Shown: piece by piece, positions 1 through 9,926 of the stretch | Position numbering within the stretch: the stretch's first letter is position 1 | Layout: every line of letters begins with the position of its first letter | IMG/VR virus record: IMGVR_UViG_3300047160_006886 | Location: 32,001 to 96,000 of that record | Length of the DNA stretch: 64,000 bases | From: a virus | Direction: 5' to 3' (one strand) | Made by a program: the position numbers and the translations under genes | Notes under the pieces: generated by a model | Seen by the model: only the letters and a program-made list of their open reading frames with translations | Databases searched by the model: none | What the model was told of the DNA's origin: nothing

Positions 1-365
1 ACTGGATCGGCCGAAGTCAAGACCGAGGCGGCCTGTCCCCCCAGCGATCCCGCTCCGACGATGCGGACCGCCGGCAATACATCCCATGAAGCTGAAGCGT
101 TCGTGATGCCCGGAGCCAGCCGGATCTTCGCACCGGAGAAGCCGCCGCCCTTGACGCCGCCTGCCGAAGCAGCCATCTGAGCAATGAGGTTCTGCAGAGC
201 CGTCGAGCAGTCCGGACCGGGAGCGACTCCGTAGTCCGGTCCCCAGATGCAGCCCTCGTGATCCCAGGCCAGCGGCGTCGGCGTCTGGTAGTACCTCGCC
301 GATACGAAGGCCAGCGGGACGAAGCCGCAGAGGACAATCACTGCCATCGACAAGAGTCTCTTCAT
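1..365 (-). CDS. Partial (runs off window) signal-peptide-bearing pectate-lyase-3-like beta-helix protein, possible depolymerase/tailspike
   Basis: Not in the ORF track; translated by hand from ATG 365 with AAGGAG RBS: MKRLLSMAVIVLCGFVPLAF...DYGVAPGPDCSTALQNLI...GAKIRLAPG...PAVRIVGAG, matching the Pectate_lyase_3 N-terminal pattern. Confidence 0.55.
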   Translation of the reverse strand, partial: MKRLLSMAVIVLCGFVPLAFVSARYYQTPTPLAWDHEGCIWGPDYGVAPGPDCSTALQNLIAQMAASAGGVKGGGFSGAKIRLAPGITNASASWDVLPAVRIVGAGSLGGQAASVLTSADP

Positions 366-401
366 CGTGTCAACTCCTTGCTCGGGTTATAAGGTAAGCG
401 T

Positions 402-578
402 TCACTCCATCAAGTCTTGTTTCTCACCACACTTCGGGCAGGTCAAATAGCCCTGGATATCTATACCCTTATTGTCGCTAGTCACTGTGATGTCCTTCAC
501 AGTCAGCGACCACTCATGATCGCACCACGGGCAATGAACCTCGAACGACATCTCGTTATCCCGCTCGGTCGTAGTCAT
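402..578 (-). CDS. Small Zn-ribbon protein (58 aa)
   Basis: Hand translation: CPWC...CPKC; start overlaps the stop of the upstream gene. Confidence 0.5.
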   Translation of the reverse strand: MTTTERDNEMSFEVHCPWCDHEWSLTVKDITVTSDNKGIDIQGYLTCPKCGEKQDLME

Positions 579-2095
579 GGCAGATCATCCTCCTCGGCCA
601 GGATCGAACCCCACATCTCCAGTTCCTGCTTACGTCTTACCGCCGCAGCCTCTGCTTCATTGATAGTCTGCTGTCGTCGCCGACCTTCCTCGGTCAGTTC
701 ATCCTTCCCACGCTTCCGTCTGGTCGCCAGGACCACCACCTGAAGGCCGGGTTGCTGGGGCGGTTGGGGCTGAGTCGCGACGACGGTCGCCACAGCACCG
801 ATACCTCCGGAAGCCGAAGGCATGAGGTTCGATGGTACAGTCACAGTCGCTGCCGCTCCGGCGGATGCAGTGGAGTGTTCGAGCGAGGAAGCTATTTCCG
901 TCGCCACCGCATGGACAGTCGCCGAAGCCGCCTTGATGGACGAAGCCACGACCGAAGCGGCGGCACCGATAGTCCCTTCCCCACTGGTCGAGAAGCCGGT
1001 GACAGTAGTCTCCATCAGCATATAGGAGCAGGTCATCCGGAGCTGCCCGGACGATGGAGCCGCAGTGCAGAGAACACCGACCTGAGCGCCATCAACCCCG
1101 CCCAGGGTCCACGCCGAGCCGGTGGCCGGGTCAGTCACGAAGAGTTTCTGGATGGTCTGAAAGGCCGGGTTCATACCCAGGGCAGTGGTCGTGTCGGAGT
1201 CAGTAGTCGAACTGCGGAGCCGGGATTTCACCGAGCCGGCGGAAGCGACTACAGAGTTCTCGCAAGCGATGAAGTTCTTGACGGCATTGACAGTACCGGA
1301 AGCGCCGATGGTCCCGGTCGATTGCATGGTGTAGGTCGCTGCATTATTAATAGTCGAATTAGTCACATAGGTCGAAGTGTCGAATGGTATCTCAGTCAGG
1401 TTGGTGTAGCTCCCAGACCAGGCAGTGTAGAAACCAGCCCCGGTCGGTACGGAGACCAGGGTGAACCCGGGGCCGGGGTAGGCCGCTGAGTCGATGTTGC
1501 AGTCATCGTAGTAGAAGTCAACCGTGTTCCCGTTCTTATTCACGTACTTCCCGAAGACCACGTCACCGACCGACTCAGTGGTGGTATCGGTGCCGCTGAT
1601 CTCGCTGACCCCGTTGATCTTGATCTCCCACGCGGTATTGAGCCCGGAGCCGAACTTGCACTCGATCCGGTACCAGGTCCCGGAAGAGAGCACAGTCGTC
1701 CCGGTCGCCATCAGCGTGTTGGCATGGTTGTAAGCCCGGAGGTGACCGTTGAGGTCGAGCCGTATCTGGAAGCCGGGCGGGAGACCCTTCAGAACAGTGA
1801 TAGTTGTGAAGATGATCTCGTCAACAGCTGCCGGCTTGGTCAAGTACTGGAAGTAGAAGCGGACCCAGTAGCCGACGTTGTTCAGCGACGGGGCCTGGAA
1901 CGCAGTCAGGACACCATTGTTGCCGATCAGCCCGAATGAGAAGTAGCCCGTGCCGGTCGTGGTCGGGTTGCAGCGGAAGGCATACTTCCCGGTATGGACG
2001 ACAGAGGTCTGGACAGAGAACGTCCCGGCACTAGTCGACAACTCGCTGGTGTCGCCAGTCTCAGCACCGGTGAAGTTCACAGTCGTCGCGGACAT
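575..2095 (-). CDS. Thr/Ser/Gly-rich virion-like protein with an N-terminal ConA/LamG-like beta-sandwich
   Basis: GTWYRIECK...EIKING...FYYDD pattern typical of lectin-like jelly-rolls; Ala/Ser/Thr repeats near the C-terminus. Confidence 0.55.
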   Translation of the reverse strand: MSATTVNFTGAETGDTSELSTSAGTFSVQTSVVHTGKYAFRCNPTTTGTGYFSFGLIGNNGVLTAFQAPSLNNVGYWVRFYFQYLTKPAAVDEIIFTTITVLKGLPPGFQIRLDLNGHLRAYNHANTLMATGTTVLSSGTWYRIECKFGSGLNTAWEIKINGVSEISGTDTTTESVGDVVFGKYVNKNGNTVDFYYDDCNIDSAAYPGPGFTLVSVPTGAGFYTAWSGSYTNLTEIPFDTSTYVTNSTINNAATYTMQSTGTIGASGTVNAVKNFIACENSVVASAGSVKSRLRSSTTDSDTTTALGMNPAFQTIQKLFVTDPATGSAWTLGGVDGAQVGVLCTAAPSSGQLRMTCSYMLMETTVTGFSTSGEGTIGAAASVVASSIKAASATVHAVATEIASSLEHSTASAGAAATVTVPSNLMPSASGGIGAVATVVATQPQPPQQPGLQVVVLATRRKRGKDELTEEGRRRQQTINEAEAAAVRRKQELEMWGSILAEEDDLP

Positions 2096-2097
2096 CG

Positions 2098-2370
2098 TCA
2101 GACCCTTATCTCCAAGTGAGCGATCGAGAAGGTATCCCAGTCGATGTCGATGACCACCTGCCTATCATCGAGAGCCAGAGCCGAAGCGATGCGATGAATG
2201 AGCTGGCTTCGGGCCATCTCCTGCTGGAGGTCTTCGCCTCCCCCGATGGCCACAGTTTCCAGGGCCAGAAAGGTAGCCTGGACATCTGCAGTCGAGACGA
2301 CCACAATCCGCTCCCGGTCGCGGATATAGATGCCGCCGTTTTCGATCCGCTGCTCGACGATAGCCGGCAT
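2098..2370 (-). CDS. Hypothetical protein
   Basis: GGAG RBS; fills the gap between flanking genes. Confidence 0.6.
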   Translation of the reverse strand: MPAIVEQRIENGGIYIRDRERIVVVSTADVQATFLALETVAIGGGEDLQQEMARSQLIHRIASALALDDRQVVIDIDWDTFSIAHLEIRV

Positions 2371-2382
2371 TACACACTCTCC

Positions 2383-3009
2383 TCAGAACCTTCGCAAGTC
2401 CCTATCGATGAACTCAACCGCCTTGGTCTGGAATGGTCTTCCAGCGAAGGAAGCAATCTCCGCGACGGAGAGCGCTTTGTAGTCGATGACCTGGTCAAAG
2501 GGCACTTCCAGGACCCGGCTCGGCTTCGGCTGAGTGTTATCAATAATGTCTTCGATCATCATCAAGTGCCGGGATAACTGCTCCGCAGCTTCCCACCACG
2601 AAGTCCGGGTTCTCGCGGCCCAGCTCTTGACGCAGCGATGGAAGGGCCGGACCGGACGAATGATCTTCGTGTCCGGGAAGAGCTGCAGGAAGTTCGACCA
2701 GAGGAAGGGCAGGCGCCACTCATTGATCGCCCACGGCTCCTCCTTGGAGAGAAGGTGACTCCTCCACCGCTGCAGCTCCGGCCACGGTGTCCCTCTCTCC
2801 TCGACTAGATGAGTCGGGGCGAACGGCTTGCGGATGAACCCATCGTGCAGAGCGGCAAGTTGAGCGTCGACAAAGAACCCCTTGGGATTCCAGTCCTTAT
2901 CCGCAGGCCACAGCTCCCCCGAACCCAGGGAATAGCCAAGGTGGTGAAGGATACCAGCGATCAGGCTATTACCGCTTCTGGGCACTCCGAGCACTGCGAT
3001 CATCACCAT
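2383..3009 (-). CDS. Sulfotransferase-family protein
   Basis: GVPRSGNS PAPS-binding loop and NPKGFF motif; start moved to ATG 3009 behind GGAG. Confidence 0.7.
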   Translation of the reverse strand: MVMIAVLGVPRSGNSLIAGILHHLGYSLGSGELWPADKDWNPKGFFVDAQLAALHDGFIRKPFAPTHLVEERGTPWPELQRWRSHLLSKEEPWAINEWRLPFLWSNFLQLFPDTKIIRPVRPFHRCVKSWAARTRTSWWEAAEQLSRHLMMIEDIIDNTQPKPSRVLEVPFDQVIDYKALSVAEIASFAGRPFQTKAVEFIDRDLRRF

Positions 3010-3031
3010 CGTGGCTCCAGTTCGGTTAGCT

Positions 3032-3241
3032 TCAAAATCTCTCTCCGTGACCACCGCCATTGAAGTGCTCGAATCTCTGGCAACAATCGAAACACACGTA
3101 CTTTCCGCAGCCCCCGCACCGGGCGCACAGGTCGCAGACAGATACTCCGCAGTGAACACATTCATGATTCAGCGCCATCCAGTTTGGCGTCTCATCGCCG
3201 CCATCGTTTCCGCAGGCCGGGCACGGTTCTACTGATGTCAT
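3032..3241 (-). CDS. Cys-rich small Zn-binding protein
   Basis: 69 aa with five CxxC pairs. Confidence 0.5.
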   Translation of the reverse strand: MTSVEPCPACGNDGGDETPNWMALNHECVHCGVSVCDLCARCGGCGKYVCFDCCQRFEHFNGGGHGERF

Positions 3242-3255
3242 GACGCTGTTCCAAT

Positions 3256-3600
3256 TCAACTGAGACTTAGGTGCCATCGACCGTGCGTCAAGTAACCATG
3301 CCAGTAATACGTTCCGTGCCCGGCGCCGATAGAGTCTCTTATCGTCAGCGTGCCGTCCGCCTCTTCCGTGAACGTGTGAGGCGGGCTTTGAACGTGATGC
3401 ATCGACCTCGCTTCTCCATGCACATCCGGGTCTCGGGCTATCGGTAACAAGAAGAATACACACGGGTTTCCGTTGCTCGCGCAATTGACCGGACCGCAGT
3501 AATCTCCGGCGTCCTTCAAGATCGAATAAGGGTCTTGACCTCCCACGATTGGCAAACGCCGACCCTGCATTTCCGTTGGCATGATTAGAACCCTTCCCAA
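3256..3600 (-). CDS. Conserved small phage protein (DUF6527-like)
   Basis: TLTIRDSI...WHGYLTHGRW C-terminal motif. Confidence 0.5.
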   Translation of the reverse strand: MGRVLIMPTEMQGRRLPIVGGQDPYSILKDAGDYCGPVNCASNGNPCVFFLLPIARDPDVHGEARSMHHVQSPPHTFTEEADGTLTIRDSIGAGHGTYYWHGYLTHGRWHLSLS

Positions 3601-3881
3601 TATCGCTTACGTGCCCGATAGAGCCGTGTGTCTCGCCGAACTTGAGCCGCCCAAAACCTCTTTCTTTTTGCCTGCATCTTGCGGCATGTCCTGCAAGTTA
3701 CTACCAGACTGCCTGGCGGTTTGTGTCGCGTGTTGACGGTCAACCGTGGCTCGATAGCGGGCTCGGCATACCGAAGGAACTCTGGATACTGCCGTCGCAT
3801 CTCTGCTAGCGGCACTTCTGCTCGAAGGTCGTGTTCGGTGCGTGTTTGATGTTGTACTGGTCGGATAAAGACATATCTCAC
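3585..3881 (-). CDS. Hypothetical protein
   Basis: ORF packed in the operon; one CxxC. Confidence 0.45.
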   Translation of the reverse strand: MRYVFIRPVQHQTRTEHDLRAEVPLAEMRRQYPEFLRYAEPAIEPRLTVNTRHKPPGSLVVTCRTCRKMQAKRKRFWAAQVRRDTRLYRARKRYWEGF

Positions 3882-3887
3882 TCGCTT

Positions 3888-4106
3888 TCATTCAAGGACC
3901 GGCAGCCCAGCCTTGCGCCGCTCGGCGTTCCATTCAAGCACATCGCGCTGAAGCGCCGCTACTAGGCCGAGCGCCTCCTCCATCGCCACGATCTTCTGGA
4001 CTACGCTGTGGGAATTGTTCGCGTTCATCAGGTTGACCAGTTGGTCGAGGAGGTCCTGGCCCCTGGCCTCGGCCATCTCGTCAGTGATCTTGAACTTCGC
4101 GATCAT
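3888..4106 (-). CDS. Hypothetical helical protein
   Basis: Tightly coupled ORF. Confidence 0.55.
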   Translation of the reverse strand: MIAKFKITDEMAEARGQDLLDQLVNLMNANNSHSVVQKIVAMEEALGLVAALQRDVLEWNAERRKAGLPVLE

Positions 4107-4108
4107 GA

Positions 4109-4747
4109 CTACGATCCCGTGATGGTGTAAGTGACGGCCAGCGTCCCGCCGCTGGACACGTTCAAGGTTGAGAAAGTGTCGTGGCAGAGCAGGAAGTTCT
4201 TGCCGCCGGCGGTGATCCGCAGGCCGACCTCCTGGTAAGCGCGGTTGGCCCCGGCGGTGACTGTCCCGGTGACGGTGAACGATCCCGACGAGCCAGAGCC
4301 GGAGTAGGCGTTGACGACTCCTGCGATGGTCTCGGTGGAGGTGCCCAGGGCGACGTCGAGGACGGTCGCGGCCGTGCCTGTAGTGCCCGCTTCGATGGTC
4401 ACCGCCGAAGTAGTCGTCGGCGTCGCTCCGCCTATCGAGGCGGTCGACGAATCCTCGGCGGTGATGGTCTCGGCGGTCACCAGAATGTTGGCCTGGATGA
4501 ACTGCATGAACTGCTTGGTCGCCAGGTCGCCCCTGATCTCCCGAGTCTCCCTGACCGGCATGCAGGTACAGGCCTTCCCAAGTGGGGCATGGATCGGGCA
4601 GGGATCACGAACCTCCAGCTTCAGGTCGATCCGGATGTGACCCCGCTGGACATCCGGGGCCGGAGCTGCTGCTGCTACAGGACCCGTCACCAAGGCCGGG
4701 GCTTCCTTCACTTCATCGTCGTCGTCGCTGCTACTGCTCATCATCAT
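4109..4747 (-). CDS. Probable virion structural protein (tail-collar/fibre N-terminal-like)
   Basis: GTTGTAATVLDVAL...EVGL...FSTLNV..GTLAVTYTI pattern. Confidence 0.55.
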   Translation of the reverse strand: MMMSSSSDDDDEVKEAPALVTGPVAAAAPAPDVQRGHIRIDLKLEVRDPCPIHAPLGKACTCMPVRETREIRGDLATKQFMQFIQANILVTAETITAEDSSTASIGGATPTTTSAVTIEAGTTGTAATVLDVALGTSTETIAGVVNAYSGSGSSGSFTVTGTVTAGANRAYQEVGLRITAGGKNFLLCHDTFSTLNVSSGGTLAVTYTITGS

Positions 4748-5579
4748 CGTTCGTCTCCGTAGTTATGGTCGCAGTGGACCGACTCCCGTCCGCATGGCGG
4801 AAGCTGATAGTCTTCTCCCTGGGTCGGACCAGAGTTGCCAGCTCCTCGGCGACATTGGCAATGGCCTCGATAGATGGCTGTAATTCACCGACGATGACTC
4901 CCGCCAGCTCCTCGACCGGCATATTCACTGTCACCGGCGACGACTGGCTATTGACGACCGGTGGTTGCTGGGGCCGAGCCAGGTTAGCGACGAGGGAAGT
5001 AAGCTGCGATAGCTGCTGGTCAAGACTCCGGACCAGACCACCCAGGGTCCCGGCCATCGCCGATAGGACTTCCGCCATCGCTGTCTGCGATTCCTTCAGA
5101 GCATTGGCGACCGGAGTCATATCGACGAGAACCTCCACCGGCACCTCACTCGCCATGATGGTCGGAGCGAACTTATTGGTGATAGGCGTGGGTTCGATGC
5201 GGTTCTCGATAGTCACTGGAGTCGGCTGGAGCGATGGCAGGTTCAACTGCGGCGAAAACTCATTCCGGATCGGTGTTGGCTCAATCCGGTTTTCGATGGT
5301 CACTGGGGTAGGCTGAACCTGCGGGGAAAAAGTCGGCGAGAACTCATTCCGGACTTCCGGACTTTGGAGCCGGTTCTCGATAGTGATGGGTGTCGGAGCT
5401 ACTTCGTTGATGACCGCCGGCGTCTCGACCGAATTGTGCACATGCACGTCCGGTGGCGTCGCAGCCGGAATTTCATTATGGACATAGGGCGGAAGCTGTC
5501 GCTGGGTGAGTCGCTTGTTCAGGACCCGGCCCATCGCCTTGATGGCGACTTGCATGTCATCGCTGAGGACACGACTCAT
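4731..5579 (-). CDS. Pro-rich repeat protein, probably head-associated
   Basis: Imperfect PTP(V/I)TIENR / (V/I)RNEFSP repeats; lies downstream of the portal. Confidence 0.6.
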   Translation of the reverse strand: MSRVLSDDMQVAIKAMGRVLNKRLTQRQLPPYVHNEIPAATPPDVHVHNSVETPAVINEVAPTPITIENRLQSPEVRNEFSPTFSPQVQPTPVTIENRIEPTPIRNEFSPQLNLPSLQPTPVTIENRIEPTPITNKFAPTIMASEVPVEVLVDMTPVANALKESQTAMAEVLSAMAGTLGGLVRSLDQQLSQLTSLVANLARPQQPPVVNSQSSPVTVNMPVEELAGVIVGELQPSIEAIANVAEELATLVRPREKTISFRHADGSRSTATITTETNDDDEQ

Positions 5580-6304
5580 GATGAAGCCGACCTCCTTCCG
5601 CCACGATAGACTTTCTTCGGGTAGGTCAGAGAGGGAAAGTTGTTCTGCAGTCGCTTCGGCTTGGCGTGGCTCAACCGTTCGCCGCGGGGGCGCATCGAAC
5701 CGGGGATCACCTTGCTCCGTTGAATGTTCATCAGTCAGACCCTCTCAACATAGTTGATAAGAGACATCCAGGCGGCACGGTCAAAGTGGAGTCCCGACAG
5801 AATCATCCACCGCTCCACCTCTTTCAGCCAGGCATTGAAGAGCACGCACTTGGCGATGTCGGCCATCAGAGCCGCTTCTCCACTTCTTGAAGAAACAAAA
5901 TCGCCCCACGGACCATCTTCCGCAAGTTGCTGATCTTGTCGCCGTTGGGGTCTTCGGGCAGTTCCAGGAATAGACCGGAGCGGCTGATGCCCTCGGCGGT
6001 CGCCCTGGACATCAGGAGGTGCAGAGCCGCCGATGACCCCTTTTCAGCCATCAGAGCACCCATCTGCCGGCCTAGTTCCTCCATGCTCTCCTCAGTCACG
6101 ATCGCGGATCTCCTCCGTGCTCCAACTCCTTGTCGACCTGCCACTCGCAGTTGGCCCACCTCGCTACGTTGGTCCTCTGCAACTCGAAGCAAGCGATACA
6201 CATCGGGGCCGGGTAGATCTCAAAGCCATTGCGGAAGATGGTCATGTCCGGGAAGGTCTCGGCCATCATGCCGCAGCGAAGGCAGGGTTCAGCAGGGCGG
6301 ATGG

Positions 6305-9300
6305 TCACTGCATCTCCTCCTCCATCATATCGGCGACCTCGGCTATCCGGTCGTCGTCGTCGTCGTCGTTGCTCCTTCTGTTATCGACGCCTCGGTACCG
6401 ATTCTCTGTGTCCTCATCAGCCTCTTCATCCTCCTTTTGTTCCTTCGCCTCGCCCTCATCCTCATCACCCGACTCGGCTTTAGCTTCCTTCCTTGCCATT
6501 CCAGCTTCGGCGTCGGGAGACTGCTGCCCTCCATCCCCCCTGCCGCCTTGGCCATCACCGCCGCCCTCTCCTCCTTGCTGCTGTCCGTCGAGATTGGTGT
6601 CGCCGCCGAATCCATCACCGCCTCCTTTGGAAGGGTCCTTGTAACCTTCGGGAGCCTGCGGCACGTAGCCCTGCTCATCCGCCAGGTCTGCTCGCTCTTG
6701 CTCCTCCTCTTCCTGCCGCTTGGTGGCTTCATCAACGACCGCCTGCGACTCTTCCTCGGTCCAACCGAGGATCTTGGTGAAGAACGATTGCTCGCTCATG
6801 ATGTTCGACATCCCACCGGGACCGGCGTAGAGTTGCAGAGTCTGGGCGTTCTGAAATGCGATGCCGGCTTTGTCCTTCTTGCCCAGGGCGTCGACATCCG
6901 GCCACTCGATGCGGTAGCCGCCAGTGGCGACCTCGATCTGCTTGTCCTTGGTGCCCTTGGTCGCCTTGCCATTATCCTTTCCGTTCCCGTTCCCGCCGTT
7001 GCCGCTGTCATCATCGTCATCATCACCCTGATTTCCGACGAAGCGGTTCCTGGCGGCCTGCTTCTCGTAGACCATGTCGCGGATGGCTGCTGCCGTCGCG
7101 GTCTTCTTCTCACCGGATGGCGCGGTCAGTTCGTAGTGGGTGACCCACTTGCCCTCGTGCGGTATCGACTGTCCCATACCGAGCTTGTAGCCCATCTGCT
7201 TGAGTGCTGCCTGAACCTGCGGCAAGTTGGCCTTCCTCTTGTTCTTCGGCAGTTTAACTGAGTGAGTGCCCCCGCCATCGGCGAAGCGGCCGGCTTCATC
7301 TCGCGGCTGGTCCTCATCATAGTTGAAGGCGGGTACTGGCTGGCCAGGCTTGACCAGCAGGAAGTTCTTGACCAGCCGTCCGGTCGCCTGATCCCGACGG
7401 ATGACCTGTCGCTTGATCTTAAAGCCCTGCCGCAGGAGGTTCTGAACCTGCTCCTTCTGGCTCTCCTTAGGCTCGGGCAACACGCCGATCTGGATGAGCC
7501 GGTCGATGAGAGGGCAGATGATCTTCGGCGTGATGTAATTCTGCTGCCGCTCGGCCTTCCGCTTGTTCCAGGCTTCGTCGTCCTGGCTGCTGGCCAGTTC
7601 GCCTCGCTCCGAGCCCTTAAAGACACGAATCGGACAGCCAATCTTGATGCAGATCGCTTCGATGCAGGCATTTAAGTGCGGGGTCGGATCGACGACTGAT
7701 GGCGGCAGGGTCTTGGCCGACATGCCCATCAGCACGAGATATCGCTGGAGGCGGGCCTTGTAATCGACCATCATCTGGCGAATGCTCGGCTCGTCGATGA
7801 GCACATCGCCGCCCAGAGTTGGAGCGGTCTCCAGGCTGATAGACGGGAAGCAGCTTTGCCAGTAGCCCTCGGCGCCGGCACCGCGGACCTTCCTACGGTC
7901 AAGCACCTCAGGTAGGACCTGCTTCAATCGCGGGAAGCCGAAGATCTCCGAGTTGAGGAGGTTGTCGGCGATGTGGATGACCCTTGACCAATGCACGTAG
8001 ACAGTAGCCAGGGGTAGACCCACACCAGAATGAGGCTGGCGAGGATCATTAAGGGTAACCCGATACATAACAGGCAGACCGAATCGCGGGTTGCGGATGT
8101 TCCACTCATACCTCACCACCTGCACTAGGTCTTCTGAGAAACAGCGGAGGAAGACGAGTCGCCGCTTCTTCTTGGCCGGCTTGTCGGCGAAGCTCTCCGA
8201 GGGGCCGAACTGGACGCCGAAGTATTGCTGGTCAGTTCCACTGAGAGAAGGAGCAATTTCTCCGATAGGAGCCGGCATGCCGAGGCCGAATCCTTGACTG
8301 TACTGTCGGTCAGTTCCCTGGATGAACGGACCATCGCCCGGATATCCCGCACTCCGACCAAGATACGGGTCAATATCCGGCGTAGTTTTGTTTTCGACAC
8401 GCCCGCTGAGTGTTTCAGCCCCACCTCGATCAGAGCCAGCGACTCGTCGTCGGGCCTGAAGGGACTCGATGATCTTGACGTTGTTCTCATGGTTGGTAAC
8501 AAGTTGTCCTCCTCGCTTGTTGACGATGATGCGGCCGCGGTCGGTCAGGACGCAGGCTTGAGTCTGACGGTCCCACTTCCAGAGACCATCCCGCTTCAAG
8601 CTCTCCGCTTCCCGCTCCTCGACCCAGGGATCATAATTGAAAGTCGAGTCCTCGCGGTCGGTGACATCGAGCTGACCGATCTCTCTCGTCTCGCCGTTCT
8701 CCCACGTGGAGATCGGGATCACCTTTCTGTTATCGATGATGGCAATCTGCTCATTATCAGCCAGCTCCGCCGCCGACGGTGGATGATCGGGCAGGACCTC
8801 CTGGCAAGAGACCCACTCCAGCTGCCTCGTCTTGAGGTTGCGGACCTGGACGCGGGTATTGGCGATGACCTCAACACCATCGACCGGGTCCTGCAGATTC
8901 TTGCCATCGTCGAGACCGAGGAGGATGATGCCGAACTGGCCAATGCCTGAAGTGATATCCGCTCGAAGGATGTGCTCCCAGATCGGTGCACCCTGCTCTT
9001 CGGCATGCCACGAGCTGCCCGACATATTGACCTGATTAGCAGTGTCATCCCATGCCTCCTCAAACTCGGTCGCCTCGTCGGAATGCTCAGACTCGTAGAT
9101 GGTCGGAGCACCCTGGAAGCACTCCTTGGGCATCACCTCGACCACCCTGGCGGCGATGGCGTCCTGGTCGTAGAGGGAACGATAGAATTGCGGGGTCATC
9201 TCCTCCGGCGACGGCCAGCCGCACTCCTCGCGGATCATGTGACCCCGCTCGAAGAAGCGGTTGAAGAACTCGCTCCGGGAGGTGACGACCTGGTTGATGA

Positions 9301-9673
9301 CACCGTCCATGTTGGCGATGAACCGCTCCATGTCTTCGCGAGTCGGTGGCGTGCCCTGGAAGGTCCGCCGCAGATCACTCGGATCGAAGCCGTGAGCGTT
9401 GAAGGCAGGTCCGTTTTGACCATTGCCATTGCCGAATGGTGGAGGTGGGGGTGGGGGAGATGATCCGCCGAAGCCCCTCCACTCAGGAGGTGGAGATGCT
9501 CCGCCAGAGCCGGCTCCATCCGGCGGAGGAGAAGGTGGGGGTGAGCCGCCCCCGGTATTGCCAGTGGGGGGACTGCCTCCACCCGGAGTCTGTTCGTGCG
9601 TCTCTCCGGAAGAGTTGCCGACCGGCGGCTCTCCAGAATTGGTCGTCGGTGTTCTTCTTCGCTGCCTCGCCAT
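6305..9673 (-). CDS. Portal protein (DUF1073-like) with long insertions
   Basis: IAARVVE, SGIGQFGIILLG, PRFGLPVMY, VHWSRVIH, GCPIRVFKGSERGELASSQD, PLIDRLIQIGVLP and YRIEWPD motifs; downstream of TerL. Confidence 0.85.
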   Translation of the reverse strand: MARQRRRTPTTNSGEPPVGNSSGETHEQTPGGGSPPTGNTGGGSPPPSPPPDGAGSGGASPPPEWRGFGGSSPPPPPPPFGNGNGQNGPAFNAHGFDPSDLRRTFQGTPPTREDMERFIANMDGVINQVVTSRSEFFNRFFERGHMIREECGWPSPEEMTPQFYRSLYDQDAIAARVVEVMPKECFQGAPTIYESEHSDEATEFEEAWDDTANQVNMSGSSWHAEEQGAPIWEHILRADITSGIGQFGIILLGLDDGKNLQDPVDGVEVIANTRVQVRNLKTRQLEWVSCQEVLPDHPPSAAELADNEQIAIIDNRKVIPISTWENGETREIGQLDVTDREDSTFNYDPWVEEREAESLKRDGLWKWDRQTQACVLTDRGRIIVNKRGGQLVTNHENNVKIIESLQARRRVAGSDRGGAETLSGRVENKTTPDIDPYLGRSAGYPGDGPFIQGTDRQYSQGFGLGMPAPIGEIAPSLSGTDQQYFGVQFGPSESFADKPAKKKRRLVFLRCFSEDLVQVVRYEWNIRNPRFGLPVMYRVTLNDPRQPHSGVGLPLATVYVHWSRVIHIADNLLNSEIFGFPRLKQVLPEVLDRRKVRGAGAEGYWQSCFPSISLETAPTLGGDVLIDEPSIRQMMVDYKARLQRYLVLMGMSAKTLPPSVVDPTPHLNACIEAICIKIGCPIRVFKGSERGELASSQDDEAWNKRKAERQQNYITPKIICPLIDRLIQIGVLPEPKESQKEQVQNLLRQGFKIKRQVIRRDQATGRLVKNFLLVKPGQPVPAFNYDEDQPRDEAGRFADGGGTHSVKLPKNKRKANLPQVQAALKQMGYKLGMGQSIPHEGKWVTHYELTAPSGEKKTATAAAIRDMVYEKQAARNRFVGNQGDDDDDDSGNGGNGNGKDNGKATKGTKDKQIEVATGGYRIEWPDVDALGKKDKAGIAFQNAQTLQLYAGPGGMSNIMSEQSFFTKILGWTEEESQAVVDEATKRQEEEEQERADLADEQGYVPQAPEGYKDPSKGGGDGFGGDTNLDGQQQGGEGGGDGQGGRGDGGQQSPDAEAGMARKEAKAESGDEDEGEAKEQKEDEEADEDTENRYRGVDNRRSNDDDDDDRIAEVADMMEEEMQ

Positions 9674-9926
9674 CAGCGTCTTAAGCCCTTCCTTGCCAAG
9701 GGAGGTTTCTTCTTCTGCTTCGCCTCTCGCTCCTTCTCTGCGATCATATCCTGAACCTTCTCCCGCGGGTTGAACATGAGGATCGCCTGCGGCAGCAGGT
9801 TCGGATTGAACTTCGCCAAGTGGAACAAGTTCACCACCTCCAGCTCGGTCATGTAGAAGCCGTCGAGCAGCTTCTCGGCGACCGCCCGCTCCTTCTCCGT
9901 CAATGAGTCAAGGATCGATGGCTTCT

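Noticed and set aside
8150-8870. Central portal insertion as an intein
   Set aside because: No C/S start with terminal HN-C/S/T, and no LAGLIDADG or HNH motifs
6305-9673. Calling the DUF1073 protein anti-CBASS Acb1
   Set aside because: No HxT/HxS 2H-phosphoesterase domain seen; motifs and position indicate a portal
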